NCBI GenBank assembly: GCA_010015805.1
Contig: ML978128.1
Location: 1,736,001 to 1,800,000, forward strand
DNA length: 64,000 nt
Source of the DNA: Rhizodiscina lignyota
Taxonomy: Eukaryota
Direction of reading: 5' to 3'
The translations under genes and the position numbers were made by a program. Below the pieces are notes generated by a model that was given only the letters and a program-made list of their open reading frames with translations, did not search any database and had not been told where the DNA came from. Below are positions 47,447 to 59,291 of the stretch, piece by piece. The first letter of the stretch is position 1. Each line of letters opens with the position of its first letter.

Positions 47447-48762
47447 TGTAGCATAACTCTGTATCGGCAATAGAAGCTCATCTCTTTATCATTGAGTTTC
47501 AAGTGTCTGATATTTATAGAATCTGTAGCATGCTATTGATTGAATAAAACGGGTTGACTGTATAGTAGTCGCGGTAATCATACGATCTAAAGAAACTATT
47601 GCAGACGTATTTCTCTTCTGTTCTTAAATGGACAGCTGGAATATTTGCTGCCCGAATTCTGTTCTCAGCGTCTGAGCCACTCCTCAGGCTGAAATGGCAG
47701 ACCTAGGTATCGCGGAAGAAATCGATGAGTGGGTGTACCTAAAACGGCCTTGCAATCGACCTGAAAGGTGACGTACTGACTCGAGCGCTTGGATGCCGTC
47801 TTACAAGGTCAAGAAGAGATACTGTAGCGAAGGAGAAGAACTGAAGGGAACTGGATGACTTGAATGCAGAATCGAGTTGACTGAAGTGAGCAGTATAAAT
47901 TTGAGATTACCCTGCGAGAGGAGGATTATACGACACGGTACCTTCTCTCCTCCCCATTCCCACCAGCGAACTCTTATGAGCGTCTATTGTATTTGACGAT
48001 GAGAAAGAATTGTAGTTCTGCTAAACGCGTTGGCGACAGCTGTGGACGTTGCTTCATTTTTCGCGCTAGGCCCGTTCCGGTGTCTACGCATTCGGCAACT
48101 AAGGGCAACAGCAAGTTACGAACAGTTATATTGAATTTAAGTTTTAGGTCTCATGTGGTTTTTCGACATGCACACTGAATAACTAGTGGCATAACTGCAA
48201 AGGGCCCCCGCCCTTCCTAATAAACTCAGTCAGTCTGGTTTTCCTTACTGTCTTCCCGAATCGAAGAGTTCGATTCCGATTCGGGGAGCCAGTTGGGTTT
48301 TGCACTTTTATTTTCCAAATTCCCCCTTTTTTTTAACATCTAGATAGTATTTTTTCTTTAAGAAAATACACGTTGTTTTATTTTATTTCGTGGTTGACTT
48401 ATTAGCTGTGATTCTTCATTGTTTGGCTTTCCGCAACGGCATCGGAGCGATCAGCGTCGGGGTGGCTGCAGCCATGTTAGCTGGTGAACGCCGACGAGCG
48501 CAGAGCGCATAGCGCGGCATTGCCAAATTTCAGCGAGCAGGTTATCAATCATATCAATCAATCTAATCGGGCGTTAGAGCCGTATGAATCTGCATCAAGG
48601 CGTAATAATTAAGGTTCGATCTGTTCCCAGTGCGGCTCGCGCCGCTCCTGGTCAGCGTGGACGACTTCTGCACACCTGCCACTCCCGGCTGACTCGCTTT
48701 CATGGCCCTCCCCACGTCCACGGGCTCTTATAGGCGGCAGGTTTGCTGCACACATCATACAT

Positions 48763-51700
48763 ATGTCACGCAGAGGACGCGGCACATTCGATGACTCCCC
48801 TTCGCTGCCCAATTCTGGCGCGTTAGCACAGACAGAAGGCACTCAAGGGGCGAGCCACGCAGTCGAACTGGATGATCTCACGCACAATTTAAACTCCGCC
48901 ACAGCTCCTGGATCGCCCCACGGTCGTCACCTGAAATCCCAGTCCGCCGACTCCTTGCGTCCTCTTCACATTCCTCATGCGGCGACTCTCAGCGACGACG
49001 CGCTTAATCCGACCGAAGGGTCCGAATCAATGTCCCGCGCGCCTCTCCTGGTGCGAAGCTCACCAGCCCAGGGCACTGGTAGCTATGGAGGGTTGCCGTA
49101 CAGCTTAAGTACGAGCGCGGACAGCTCCGATAATGAGACGACGAAGAGAAGAAAAGATAAGTCTACTAGGCGTTCGAGAGACAAGTCGTTGCGGACGAGT
49201 AGGCTCCGGCTGCAGCAAACGCAGTCAAGCTTGGTGACCGGCGATATTGGCGATGAAGCAGAGAGTAGTCAGAGTAGGAGCGGAGAGGAAAATAGGAACA
49301 GAACGAGAGGGTCAGCGCCCAATGGAGTTTTCGACGAATCTGTAAGGTGGGCGCACGACAATGCAGAGGAGAGTACTGAGGGAGAGTTGGAGTCCGGTCT
49401 CGAGAGCCGCTTCAATGGAGATGCAGGACTCCAGGCCCACTCGGCCCTTGAACCTGAGGAGGACCTTCCACCAAGTCCCAGCTTCTCAGATTCAGAAAGC
49501 CTGAGCGATCTCTCAGATGCTGACCTGCTATCAAAGCAAAAGGACGGCAAGAGAGTGAAGGACGACTCGCCATACCCTCAAGTCAGAGCGTCAGTATCAC
49601 CGACAGACAACTTAAGTCTTTCCATCAATACACCACGCATGTGGGCACTTTCCGTGCTCTTCGCCATCTTTGGATCTGCCACGAATCTCTTTTTCTCATT
49701 ACGATACCCCAGCGTCTCGATTACACCAGTTATAGCATTGCTTTTGGCGCATCCGCTCGGTTTGATTTGGGACCGGGTATTCAAAAGGGCGAGCGATCCC
49801 CTGGAAACATTCTTCAACGGAGCTTTGGTTCCGTCTGGGCGGACACGGATAGATTCTAGCATCCGATCGACTGACGATTTCGCGGACGTGTCTCGACCTA
49901 CTTCTCACGCTCCGGTTTTCGAACCCTCAGTCAGCTGGAGGAGAAGATGGCGGCTATGGCTTGCACAAGGGAAATGGAACGAGAAGGAGCATTGCTGTGT
50001 CTTTATTGCCAGCAATGTATCATTTGGCTTTGCATTTGCTACTGACGTACGTATACGATGCCACTTACCATTCGTTCTTGCACTGACAACACTATCAAGG
50101 TCATCGTCGAGCAAGTCAAATTCTATCATCAAGATGCCCCAATCCTCTATCAAGTACTCCTCACCCTCTCCACTCAAATCCTCGGATACGCTTTCGCTGG
50201 CTTAACACGCCGCTACTTGGTCCGGCCAAGTGGCATGATCTGGCCTGGTACACTTGTGTCAACAGCGATGTTCTCGAGCTTGCACAAGGAAGAGAACAAG
50301 CCCGCAGATGGATGGCGCATCTCTCGATGGCGGTTCTTCCTCTTGGTCTTTTGCGGCTCCGTCATCTTCTACTTGCTACCTGGCTTCCTGATGCCCGCTT
50401 TGAGCTACTTCAACGTCATCACATGGTTCGCGCCGAAGAATGTCGTCGTCGCCAACCTCTTCGGCGTTGCTTCCGGACTCGGCTTATTCCCAATGACGTT
50501 TGATTGGAGCCAGATCGCATACATTGGCTCACCTCTAGTTGTACCATTCTGGGCTGCACTCAACATTGTCGGTGGCCTGGTCATTGTGATGTGGATCATC
50601 GCGCCAATAATGTACTACTCCAACGCCCTCTTCTCATCGTACATGCCCATTCTATCCACCGCCGTCTTCGATAATACCGGAAAGCCGTACGACGTGAGCA
50701 AAATCCTCACCAAAGACTTCGTGTTCGACAAAGAAGCGTACAAAAACTACAGCCGCGTCTACCTCCCCATTACCTACGTCCTTTCGTACGCCCTGCAATT
50801 TGCAGCCATGGCATCGCTGCTCACTCATACAATCTGCTGGCATGGGAAGGACATCTGGAAACAATGGCGCAACTCGCTGATCGAGATCCGCAACGAACCA
50901 CCGCCATATTGCCCATTACCAGAGAACGACGAAAGTAGAACAAGCTTGGACCGAACAGGTACCACACGAAGCAGGACGTCAATGGATAGCCAGCCCGCCT
51001 TGGACAATCTGATTGGCGCAGAGGACGTGCACAACAGACTGATGAGAAGATACGAAGATGTGCCAATGATCTGGTACCTCCTAACGGGTGCTATCATGAC
51101 TGCTATCGGGATGTTTGTGGTGGAATACTACCCCGTCTACCTCCCTTGGTACGGCCTCCTCCTCGCCCTCGGCATCTGCACACTCCTCTTCATCCCAATC
51201 GGCATCGTCATGGCCATCACGAACCAACACTCCTCAATCTACCTAATATGTCAACTAATATGCGGTGTCGTCTTCCCCGGCCGCCCCGTCGCGAACATGG
51301 TCTTCGTCACATACGGGTACATCTCTTCAGCCCAAGGGCTCAAATTCACATCTGACCTTAAGTTGGGGCACTACATGAAGATCCCCCCGAAAATACTGTT
51401 CACCCTCCAACTTGCTGCGACAGTGGTATCCAGCCTGACGCAGATTACTACCCTGAACTGGATGCTTGCCACGATCCCCGGCATCTGCACGTCGGAAGCA
51501 ATCAGCGGCTTCACATGCCCCATCGCGCGCGTACACTTCAACGGCAGCATCCTCTGGGGAGTCGTCGGCCCCTCACGCTTCTTCGGCCCCGGTGCACTCT
51601 ACCGTCCCTTAGTATGGGCGTTCCTGATCGGGGCCATCGCCCCCATCATCGTGTGGGTCTTAGGTCGGCGTGGCGGCAAGAAGACCATCTGGCGCAAAGT

Positions 51701-52040
51701 GAACCTCCCCGTACTCTTTGGCAGTATCAGCTGGATCCCGCCGGCTACGGGGCTGAATTTCAGCGTCTGGGCGGTCGTATGCTGGGTGTTTAATGACTTG
51801 GTGAGGAGAAGGAAAAGGGAGTGGTGGAGGAAGTATACTATGACGCTGTCGGCAGCGTTGGATTCGGGATTGGCGGTGGGTGTGGTGGTGGTGTTCTTTG
51901 GGCTGCTGTATCCCGGGTGGGAGTGGGTGACGAAGATGAAGTGGTGGGGAACGGAGGTGTATAAGCAGGGCTGCGACTGGCAGGCTTGTGCGTTTAGAGA
52001 GGTCCCGGAGGGTGGGAGGTTTGGCCCGGGGACTTGGTAA
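48763..52040 (+). CDS. OPT-family oligopeptide transporter with long hydrophilic N-terminus; intron 50047-50099
   Basis: DSPYPQVRASV, NTPRMW, WNEKEH, YLVRPSGMIWP, SDLKLGHYMKIPP, SAALDSG. Confidence 0.95.
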
Positions 52041-52099
52041 ATAAATGTGCATATGGTTTACGATATAGATATGAATTGGCAACATTGGGCGGCGCAGTG

Positions 52100-53398
52100 T
52101 CATCGGCGTCCGAGGTCAATGTCTAGCACTTTTGTCATGCGCGCTGTGCCTGGGACTGAGGAATTGCCCATGCCGAAGAAGGGTTTGACGGCGACGGAGA
52201 TAGTGTCTTCGAAGAGACCTTGTACGAGATCTTTTAGTTCTTCGCCTGTTTGTCGAAAATCAGGGAAGGCGTTGATCTCGAGTAGCCATGCAGTGCCATT
52301 TGCATCGACGAGGAAGTCCAGCCCGAATAGCTCGAATGCGTTAGGCAGAGGCTGGAAATGCACCATCATGCCTCTCGCCGATGCTTCGAAGACTTCGCCC
52401 GTGATGTTACAGATCTGCTCAAATACAGCGTTCTTCCAGTCCTCTTCACTCGCACCGCCGTCTAAGATGACTTCATCAGGCAGTGACCAAAACGCTCGCA
52501 CGCTGCCTTCTCTTTCACCTGTGTCCTGGAGGCACGTATTAGTCAGATGAGCCCGGAGGTCAGAGTCCTCCCATGGCGGAGCGTACGGCTCGGCAGCGAA
52601 GAGTGCGAGCATCGGTTTGTAGACGTAGACCTTCAGTGCGCCGACGGAGAGGACGTATGTCCGGATGTGGAATTTGCGATTTCCTTCGGATGGGAGGAGG
52701 AGTGGAGGGTGAATATACGGCTGGGCAATGAAGTGCCTGAGTTGTGAGGTTATGATGTAGTCTCCGTTCTCTTTGCTCTCCATGGATGAGGACTTGATGT
52801 CGTCTTGATGCTCAAGTGGTGGCTCTTCTTCCAAGTCGTCTTCGTCATCGGAGTCCGGCCGTTCTGCCTCCCACTCCTCAAAGATAGCCTGAAGCTCCTC
52901 TTCTGTGCTGAACAGCCTAATCCCCTGACCGCGATCGCTCATCCCCGGCTTCAGGATCCACCATTCCCTCTCCGCTGGCTCCTTGCCGTCGTTCTTCTCG
53001 AAGCTCTCGCGCAGCTCGAACGCCTCGACCAGTGCGTCGTCCAGAAACTCAGCATAGTCTAGCTCAAAGTCCACGGCCGGCTTGAAATGCTCTTTCAGAA
53101 TTGAAGCCGGATGCTTCGTGATCCATGATGAGATGGTAGTGGAGAGAAAGTGCTTCCGGATCAGGGCCTTGCGGATGATATAGGCGTTGATGAGATGGTA
53201 CTCAGGGTCCCGGAGGGCAGTCTCGAAGTCGATTGCCTCGTAGTCGCGGAATTGGAGGCTTGGGGCTGGGAGTTGGGGAGGAGCGGATTCGATGTGTCTG
53301 AAAGATGAGTCTGGGAGATGGGATGACAGTGCTGAGTGGATGAGAGGGAGGACGTAGGGGTCGTTGTAGTCTATTAGAGCATGAAAAGTTGGTTCCAT
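52100..53398 (-). CDS. Tubulin-tyrosine-ligase-like ATP-grasp protein (Pby1 C-terminal-domain-like)
   Basis: NAYIIRKALIRKH, WILKPGMSDRGQGI, AQPYI, RKFHIRTYVL, HLTNTCLQ, FELFGLDF, WLLEINAFPDF. Confidence 0.9.
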   Translation of the reverse strand: MEPTFHALIDYNDPYVLPLIHSALSSHLPDSSFRHIESAPPQLPAPSLQFRDYEAIDFETALRDPEYHLINAYIIRKALIRKHFLSTTISSWITKHPASILKEHFKPAVDFELDYAEFLDDALVEAFELRESFEKNDGKEPAEREWWILKPGMSDRGQGIRLFSTEEELQAIFEEWEAERPDSDDEDDLEEEPPLEHQDDIKSSSMESKENGDYIITSQLRHFIAQPYIHPPLLLPSEGNRKFHIRTYVLSVGALKVYVYKPMLALFAAEPYAPPWEDSDLRAHLTNTCLQDTGEREGSVRAFWSLPDEVILDGGASEEDWKNAVFEQICNITGEVFEASARGMMVHFQPLPNAFELFGLDFLVDANGTAWLLEINAFPDFRQTGEELKDLVQGLFEDTISVAVKPFFGMGNSSVPGTARMTKVLDIDLGRR

Positions 53399-53946
53399 CT
53401 TTGGAGCACAGTAGCTAGAGCAAACTTTTGTATATGACAAGGGCAGGAAAGAAATTAATTTTATTTCGTCTTACTTCGAGAAAATTGTGTCCTGTTTAGA
53501 AAATATGAAGTCAAAAGCTGCCCCATTGAAGAAAACCTTCCTACATTTCAATTTTTCATTCGAACGGTGGGAACTCACTGCAAACATCAACATCTTCAAT
53601 AAAGTTTCTATAATTTCGCATACATTAATCTCTCCTTCTGGTCCTCTATCAAGCAATCTTTTTCATGAGTCGTCAAAAGGCCATTGCCGAATACAGTAAT
53701 TACCTCCTGAACGCCGCAACCGCCGCGTACATGGTTCCGATATCGAACCGACAGCGGCGTAAACCGACAGCGGCGTAAGAGGGGCCGTTATCGTTACGTT
53801 AATCAAACTCACCCCCCTCATTGGCAGTATGAAACTGAGGGTTGCCCTTGGCCAGTTCTGACATTGGAAGGTAGACATTTCTGATATTTTCAATTGGCAC
53901 CGCTCTATCAATATCTCGTATTCAAGCCTCTGCATTGCTCCCCAAA

Positions 53947-54862
53947 ATGCTTCCCACAGGGCTGCTTCGGCAGTCTGGCTATCGTTCCTTGACCAAAACT
54001 TCTTCTCTACAACCCGTGCTTTCTCGTCAGATTCCATTAGCAGTATCTTCGCAAAGTTCAAGATCAAAACGCAATTATGCTGCAGTATCCGAGAAGAAGC
54101 CCAAACTTGTCGACCTGTCCCGTGAGCTCTATCACCGTGCTCTTGCTCACCCCTTTCACCCTCCCGTGATAATCACACCATGGGATACTCATCAACCGAA
54201 GCAAGCTGGCAACACGGTTCTCCGCTCTGCTTCATACGCCGTATCGTTCAGCGACCATGCCGGAACCCATGTTGATGCGCCGAAGCACTTCGATGCAACC
54301 CCAGGCGCCCTCTCGGTTGACCAGATGCCACTGGAAACGTTCTACACAGAAGCAATTGCGCTCGACCTGTCTCATGCGGAACTCGGAGCAGCTATTACTG
54401 TACCAGAGATGGAGGAGGCGTTGAAAAAGTCGGGCCAGGAGATCAAAGAGGGTGATACGGTTCTTCTCTGGATGGCATTCAACAAGCGCGTCGATTTCGA
54501 TGACCCTCGGTGGCAGGTGTGTATTCAATCATGTTGCGCGTTCTAGAAGCGGTCCATGGTCTTTGATGGTAGCTGACATCTTCACAAAGCACGACTTCCC
54601 GGGCCTCGCGCTCGAGTCCGTCCATTGGCTGGCGGACAAGGGTTGCAAGCTGTTCGGCGTTGAGGCAGTCTCACCATCTCCTGAAGGTGAGCTGAACTTC
54701 CAAGCTCACAACGCCTGTGGTGAGAGGGGAATTACTCATATGGAGGGCTTGGACAACCTCGAGCAGGTTGTGGGCAAAGGCCGATTCAGGTTCATCGGGT
54801 TCCCACTGAAGTTCAGAGGCGGAAGTGGAAGTCCAATCAGAGCGGTTGCTGTATTTGAATAG
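53947..54862 (+). CDS. Cyclase-family metal hydrolase (KynB / kynurenine-formamidase-like) with putative mitochondrial presequence; intron 54517-54589
   Basis: LVDLS, HAGTHVDAPKHF (HxGTHxDxPxH), FPGL, HMEGLDNL, FPLKFRGGSGSPIRAVA. Confidence 0.9.
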
Positions 54863-55356
54863 AGCGCTAGGAATGAAGGATTACTATACAGTGGCATCTC
54901 AATTCTCATATATGCGACCATCGAAATATCTTTCTGGTACTATATCGTGATATGTCGTTCGGGCCGAACGCTCAGACCCATCAAGGTTTTCCTTGGTCTT
55001 CCGATTAGACCCATATCAATTTCCTACAGTGAAAACCGCTGATATGTAGCAATTCGACTTGCACCGGAGCACCGGACTGGGCATGGATTAAAGCCGTTAA
55101 AGCCAGCGGGGTAGGAGGTGATGCTCTATAGCAGCACAATGAGTGGAGGGTTATCCGCGGACTGTCTAGCGCCGCTTTTGGAGAAAGGCGGCAGGTATAC
55201 CGAATCAGCTGTGAGAGCAGACGTCTATATGAAAGAATACTACAGAAGATTCATATAAACCTGGCCTCGACTTCCAATTGTCTTTTACATCGTCATTTCC
55301 GAAAATCTTCGAAATTCCAGAAAGAGCAAGGGACAAAATCAGCAACTTTAGACAAC

Positions 55357-56536
55357 ATGGGTCTCGACCAAGTACCAGATACCATGCTTGCATGTCAAGT
55401 CCTTGAAGTACGTAGACGGTCATATATTCCTCTCAATCTCCTCATCCTAATGCGCGGCATACAGTATAACAAGCCCTATGTGATTCATGAGATTCCCACA
55501 CCGAAGAATCTGGAGCCGTATGACATGCTGGTCAAAGTGGCGGTGGCATCACTCTGCCACACAGACTTCCTCGTCCAAGAGGGTGTCTTTAATACGAAAC
55601 TTCCGTGCACTGGTTCTCACGAGGGCGCTGGTACCGTCGTTGCTGTTGGTAGTGCGGTGAAGGACTTCAAAGAGGGTGATCGGGTCATGAACGGTCTCGG
55701 TTTCCACCGCTGCGGCGAATGTGAAGACTGTACCGGCCCCGAGAACTACGTCCAGTACTGTCCAAAGAACAAGGGCTCGGTTGGTGTGCGTATGGATGGA
55801 AACTTTGCTGACTATGTGGTGGTTGACGCACGTAATACTGCACTTCTACCGAAGGAGGTGTCCTTTGAGATTGCTGCGCCGTTGGCATGTGCAGGCTGCA
55901 CCGTCTTCAGAGCACTTCTGCAAACGGAGCTGAAGGAGGGTCAGGTGGTGGGTATTGTAGGATCAGGAGGCGGTTTGGGCCACTTGTGTATTCAGTTTGC
56001 GAAGTCGATGGGCTTGAAGATTGTGGCGATCGATGCAAGAGACGAAGGACTGGAACTCTCGAAAGAGCATAAACCAGACTTGCTGCTGGATGCTAGAAAG
56101 GGTGATGCATACCTGGTCGAGGAGGTTCAGAAGTTCACAGGAAAGGGTGGCGTCGATGCCTCTATAAATCTGGCTGATGCTCCGCAAGCCGCGGGTACAG
56201 CTTGTGCTATCACAAAGACTCATGGGCTGCTGGTACAAATTTCTCAGGTACGTACTTGCCCTCACTCATGCGGGCTTGGTACTGATGTGCAAACAGCCAG
56301 AGCCAATTGTCATTCCGTTCAAAGAGCTCATCTTCCGCGACATTCGTATTAAAGGGTCTCGTCACTGTGCTCCAGTGGAGGCGAAGCGCATGCTGCAAGT
56401 CGCTGCTAAGAATGGTGTCACGGTGAAGACAAACTTGTTCCATGGCTTGAAGGAGATTCCAAAGATGGTCGAACTGTCACTGTCGGGGAAGATGGCGGGT
56501 AAAGGAGTTGTTATTGTTGATCCGAGCCAGATGTGA
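55357..56536 (+). CDS. Zinc-dependent alcohol dehydrogenase (MDR family); introns 55408-55464, 56248-56296
   Basis: LCHTD, GSHEGAG, CGECEDC..C structural Zn site, APLACAG, GSGGGLGH. Confidence 0.95.
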
Positions 56537-56948
56537 TCCCAAAGCAAAGGCCAAACGCCAACTCCGAACGCCCCAACACCCCAATGCCATGCAATCTATA
56601 TACATTATACAGGGACAATCTGGTCTAAGAAGAGCGTTGCCTCGCCCAGACCGAAGTCAGGCGCTTCAATAACACTCCTTGTACCAGGCTGCCCTTTCAG
56701 ACAGTCAGTAAAACTACAATCTACTAAAAAAAAACCCCCCTAAATAGCCACCGAAATCTATCTTAAACCACAAGAGAACACCCTAGCGGCATTCAAACCA
56801 CACGTGACCAAACCCCAAACAACCCGAAAGAACATAGTCGCCACCAGAGACTAATCAGAAAGGGGTTAGGGAAGTCACTTGGAGAACGAGAAAGGATTCG
56901 ATGACCGACGGGTTGATCTCGAGCGGGAAACTCGATCCTCTTACAGTT

Positions 56949-57698
56949 TTACATTTTGATATCGAAACTTGTCCCGCATCCACAGCTGCTCGACGCTAGA
57001 GGGTTATCTACAATCTTGAATTGACTGCCAATCAGTTCCATCGTGTAGTCGACCTTGCTGCCTTTCAGCAGCTCAAGGCTCGGTTCGTCCATCACGACCT
57101 TCGCCGTCTCTTCGCTCGCCGTCCCAGCCCCGCTGCTTGAGCTCCCGTATCCGCTCTCGAAGACAGTGTCTTCCTCTTTCGATACCTTTTCCAGATCTGT
57201 CAACGACATAAGGTATTGGAATCCGTGACAACCGCCAGACTCGACTTGGACTCTGAGGCAGAGATTTGGGTTTGCGTCCTTTTTCATTATTTCTCGTAGC
57301 CGCTGTTGATATGTGCATTAGCATCGGATGTAGAGGGCTATCTAAAGAATATCGTACCTTAGCAGCTCGTGGCGTTATCTCCACTTCCATGTCTTTGCCC
57401 TCTTCATCCTTCCTTGGATTTAGAATCACCGCCCGCCTTTGTCGAGATAGAGAGAAGGCTCTCTTTTGAAGGAATGCAGACGCAGAAGTGCTATTGTTTA
57501 TATATCCTCGTTTGTTCTCTGTTCTGGGTGGGGAAACAGACGGATTGGCATGTCGAGGTCGAAAAGTGGCGGCGGGGGAGGTAGCGAATGTTCGGTTCGG
57601 AGCGGCAAAGTTGGAGAGCTTCTTGGATTGTGGATACCGTGAGGCTTCGAGAAGCGCTCGCCGACAAGAGCTACAAATCGATATTTGAGTAACCGACA
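56949..57698 (-). CDS. ISA2: Mitochondrial Fe-S cluster A-type carrier Isa2 (IscA/HesB family); intron 57303-57357
   Basis: Arg/Ser-rich presequence; LRVQVESGGCHGFQY; DYTMELIGSQF; SSCGCGTSF. Confidence 0.92.
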
Positions 57699-58244
57699 TT
57701 TTTCTGAGGATACGGCTGTTGACAATGGAATCTGGTGTTTCTTTAATGCGCTTGACGTCGGTCTGCCTCGCAGGATCGGCGTTCGGTGACTCGGGATTCG
57801 GGAAAACTCCGGCAATGCACGGGCTCCCGCACTTTTTCTTCATTGAAAATCTGCAGCTCGACTGTCGAGCTTCGTCCTTCTCTTCTCTTCCACTAACTTC
57901 TCGATCGCATCATCGTGCTATAATGCTGGCACATCAAGCTTCTTGCATCTTGAGCATATTTCGGAACGAACTTGATGCCAAGTCCATTGGTAGCAATGAT
58001 TGAGGTACGTGCCGATATCATTCCCTTTGATACATTCTTCTCCTATGATGAAAACCTTTTCCACATTCGCAGTTTCCTCAATAGCTATCGCATAGAACCC
58101 TTCTAGATAGCGGTGATTGCCTAATCTTCCTTGGATGTCTGATCCTCATCCTCATCCTCGAGTTTCAATACTGCATTATATCTGGCACACGTGCTGACTT
58201 TAGTAAAGTGTAGGCAAAAATTGAAAATTCTTTCTAAGCTATTA

Positions 58245-59291
58245 CTACATAAAGGATGTTGTTCCAACACCCAGGTCTACGGCTACGACTTTGCCGCCTT
58301 CGACATATGTCCCATTCACTGGCGCGTAAATTGCGCCGGACGTGACAACGTATAGCGTTCTCCGATCCCTCCTCGTCCTTCCAACTGCTACCGATGTGGC
58401 TCCAGCGACTGTTGTTGAACCCAAGTCGCCTGCAATGACCTCGATGTGCCCGCTCAAGGTCACTTTCGACAGAACGTTCTTTGCATTTCCTGCCACATAA
58501 GCGTTTCCATCATTCCCCAGCGCGAAATCATCACCATGGATATTCGTTGCAACAATCTCGTACTCTCCAATTGCTGTTCCCTTACTCGTGTCGATTCTGA
58601 CTCTGCAGAATATCTCTTGAAAGCTGTTGGTGTAGTATACGTATCCATCCTTGACTTTGATGCCATTGATTCCTATTGTAGGAAGACCTGGCACTGGTTT
58701 CATTGTCTTGTCTTCCAACGCCCTCGCATATTTTCCGGTTTTCAGGTCAAGCCTATATACACAACCAAAAGCTGAGTCGGCGATCAACACAGCGTTCTCT
58801 TTCGGTCCCAGAGAGGCGACACCATTCAAGAAGTGTCCTTCAGGAATGCCTGCAATCCTCGACACTTTGAGGTTGTGCACTCCTTTTCGAACGTCAACCT
58901 TCCAGATCCGAAAGTCTGCCGGTGCCGCCGATGATCCGCTGAAGTGTCCCGCAATTACTACGAACTCGTCTCTGGCGATCTCGGTGATACCGCTCAAGCC
59001 TGTTGCGGCTGGGAACCGATGAACGAGCGATGCGGACTGCGAGACGGGATTGATCTGGTAGAGTTCTGGCTCGTCGAGTCGTGTTACAAGGAGGTTTCCG
59101 TCTGATTGAACCGCAATATTCTCGATATTGGCGCCGAGCGAGAATTGGTAGACGACCGACGCCGTTGTTGACGAATCAATGGGAGGCCTCGTGCCGGCAG
59201 CGCGTATGTAGTATTGTAGGGAAGGAGCGCACGCTGCACAGAGAGCGATGAGAGTTACTAGAATATATAAGAAGATGTATGCTTGTATCAT
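58245..59291 (-). CDS. Secreted six-bladed beta-propeller protein (SMP-30/gluconolactonase/TolB-like); intronless
   Basis: Hydrophobic signal peptide; IENIAVQSDGNLLVT, FLNGVA, VLIADS, GINGIKV, GDDFA blade motifs. Confidence 0.8.
   Translation of the reverse strand: MIQAYIFLYILVTLIALCAACAPSLQYYIRAAGTRPPIDSSTTASVVYQFSLGANIENIAVQSDGNLLVTRLDEPELYQINPVSQSASLVHRFPAATGLSGITEIARDEFVVIAGHFSGSSAAPADFRIWKVDVRKGVHNLKVSRIAGIPEGHFLNGVASLGPKENAVLIADSAFGCVYRLDLKTGKYARALEDKTMKPVPGLPTIGINGIKVKDGYVYYTNSFQEIFCRVRIDTSKGTAIGEYEIVATNIHGDDFALGNDGNAYVAGNAKNVLSKVTLSGHIEVIAGDLGSTTVAGATSVAVGRTRRDRRTLYVVTSGAIYAPVNGTYVEGGKVVAVDLGVGTTSFM

Noticed and set aside
55408..55464. In-frame, stop-free 57-nt segment read through by the ADH ORF
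   Set aside because: Has a GTACGT donor, CTAAT branch site and CAG acceptor and interrupts the conserved fold, so it is treated as an ordinary intron rather than a novel insertion
56860..56875. Single GGGTTAGGG telomere-like word
   Set aside because: One unit only; expected by chance
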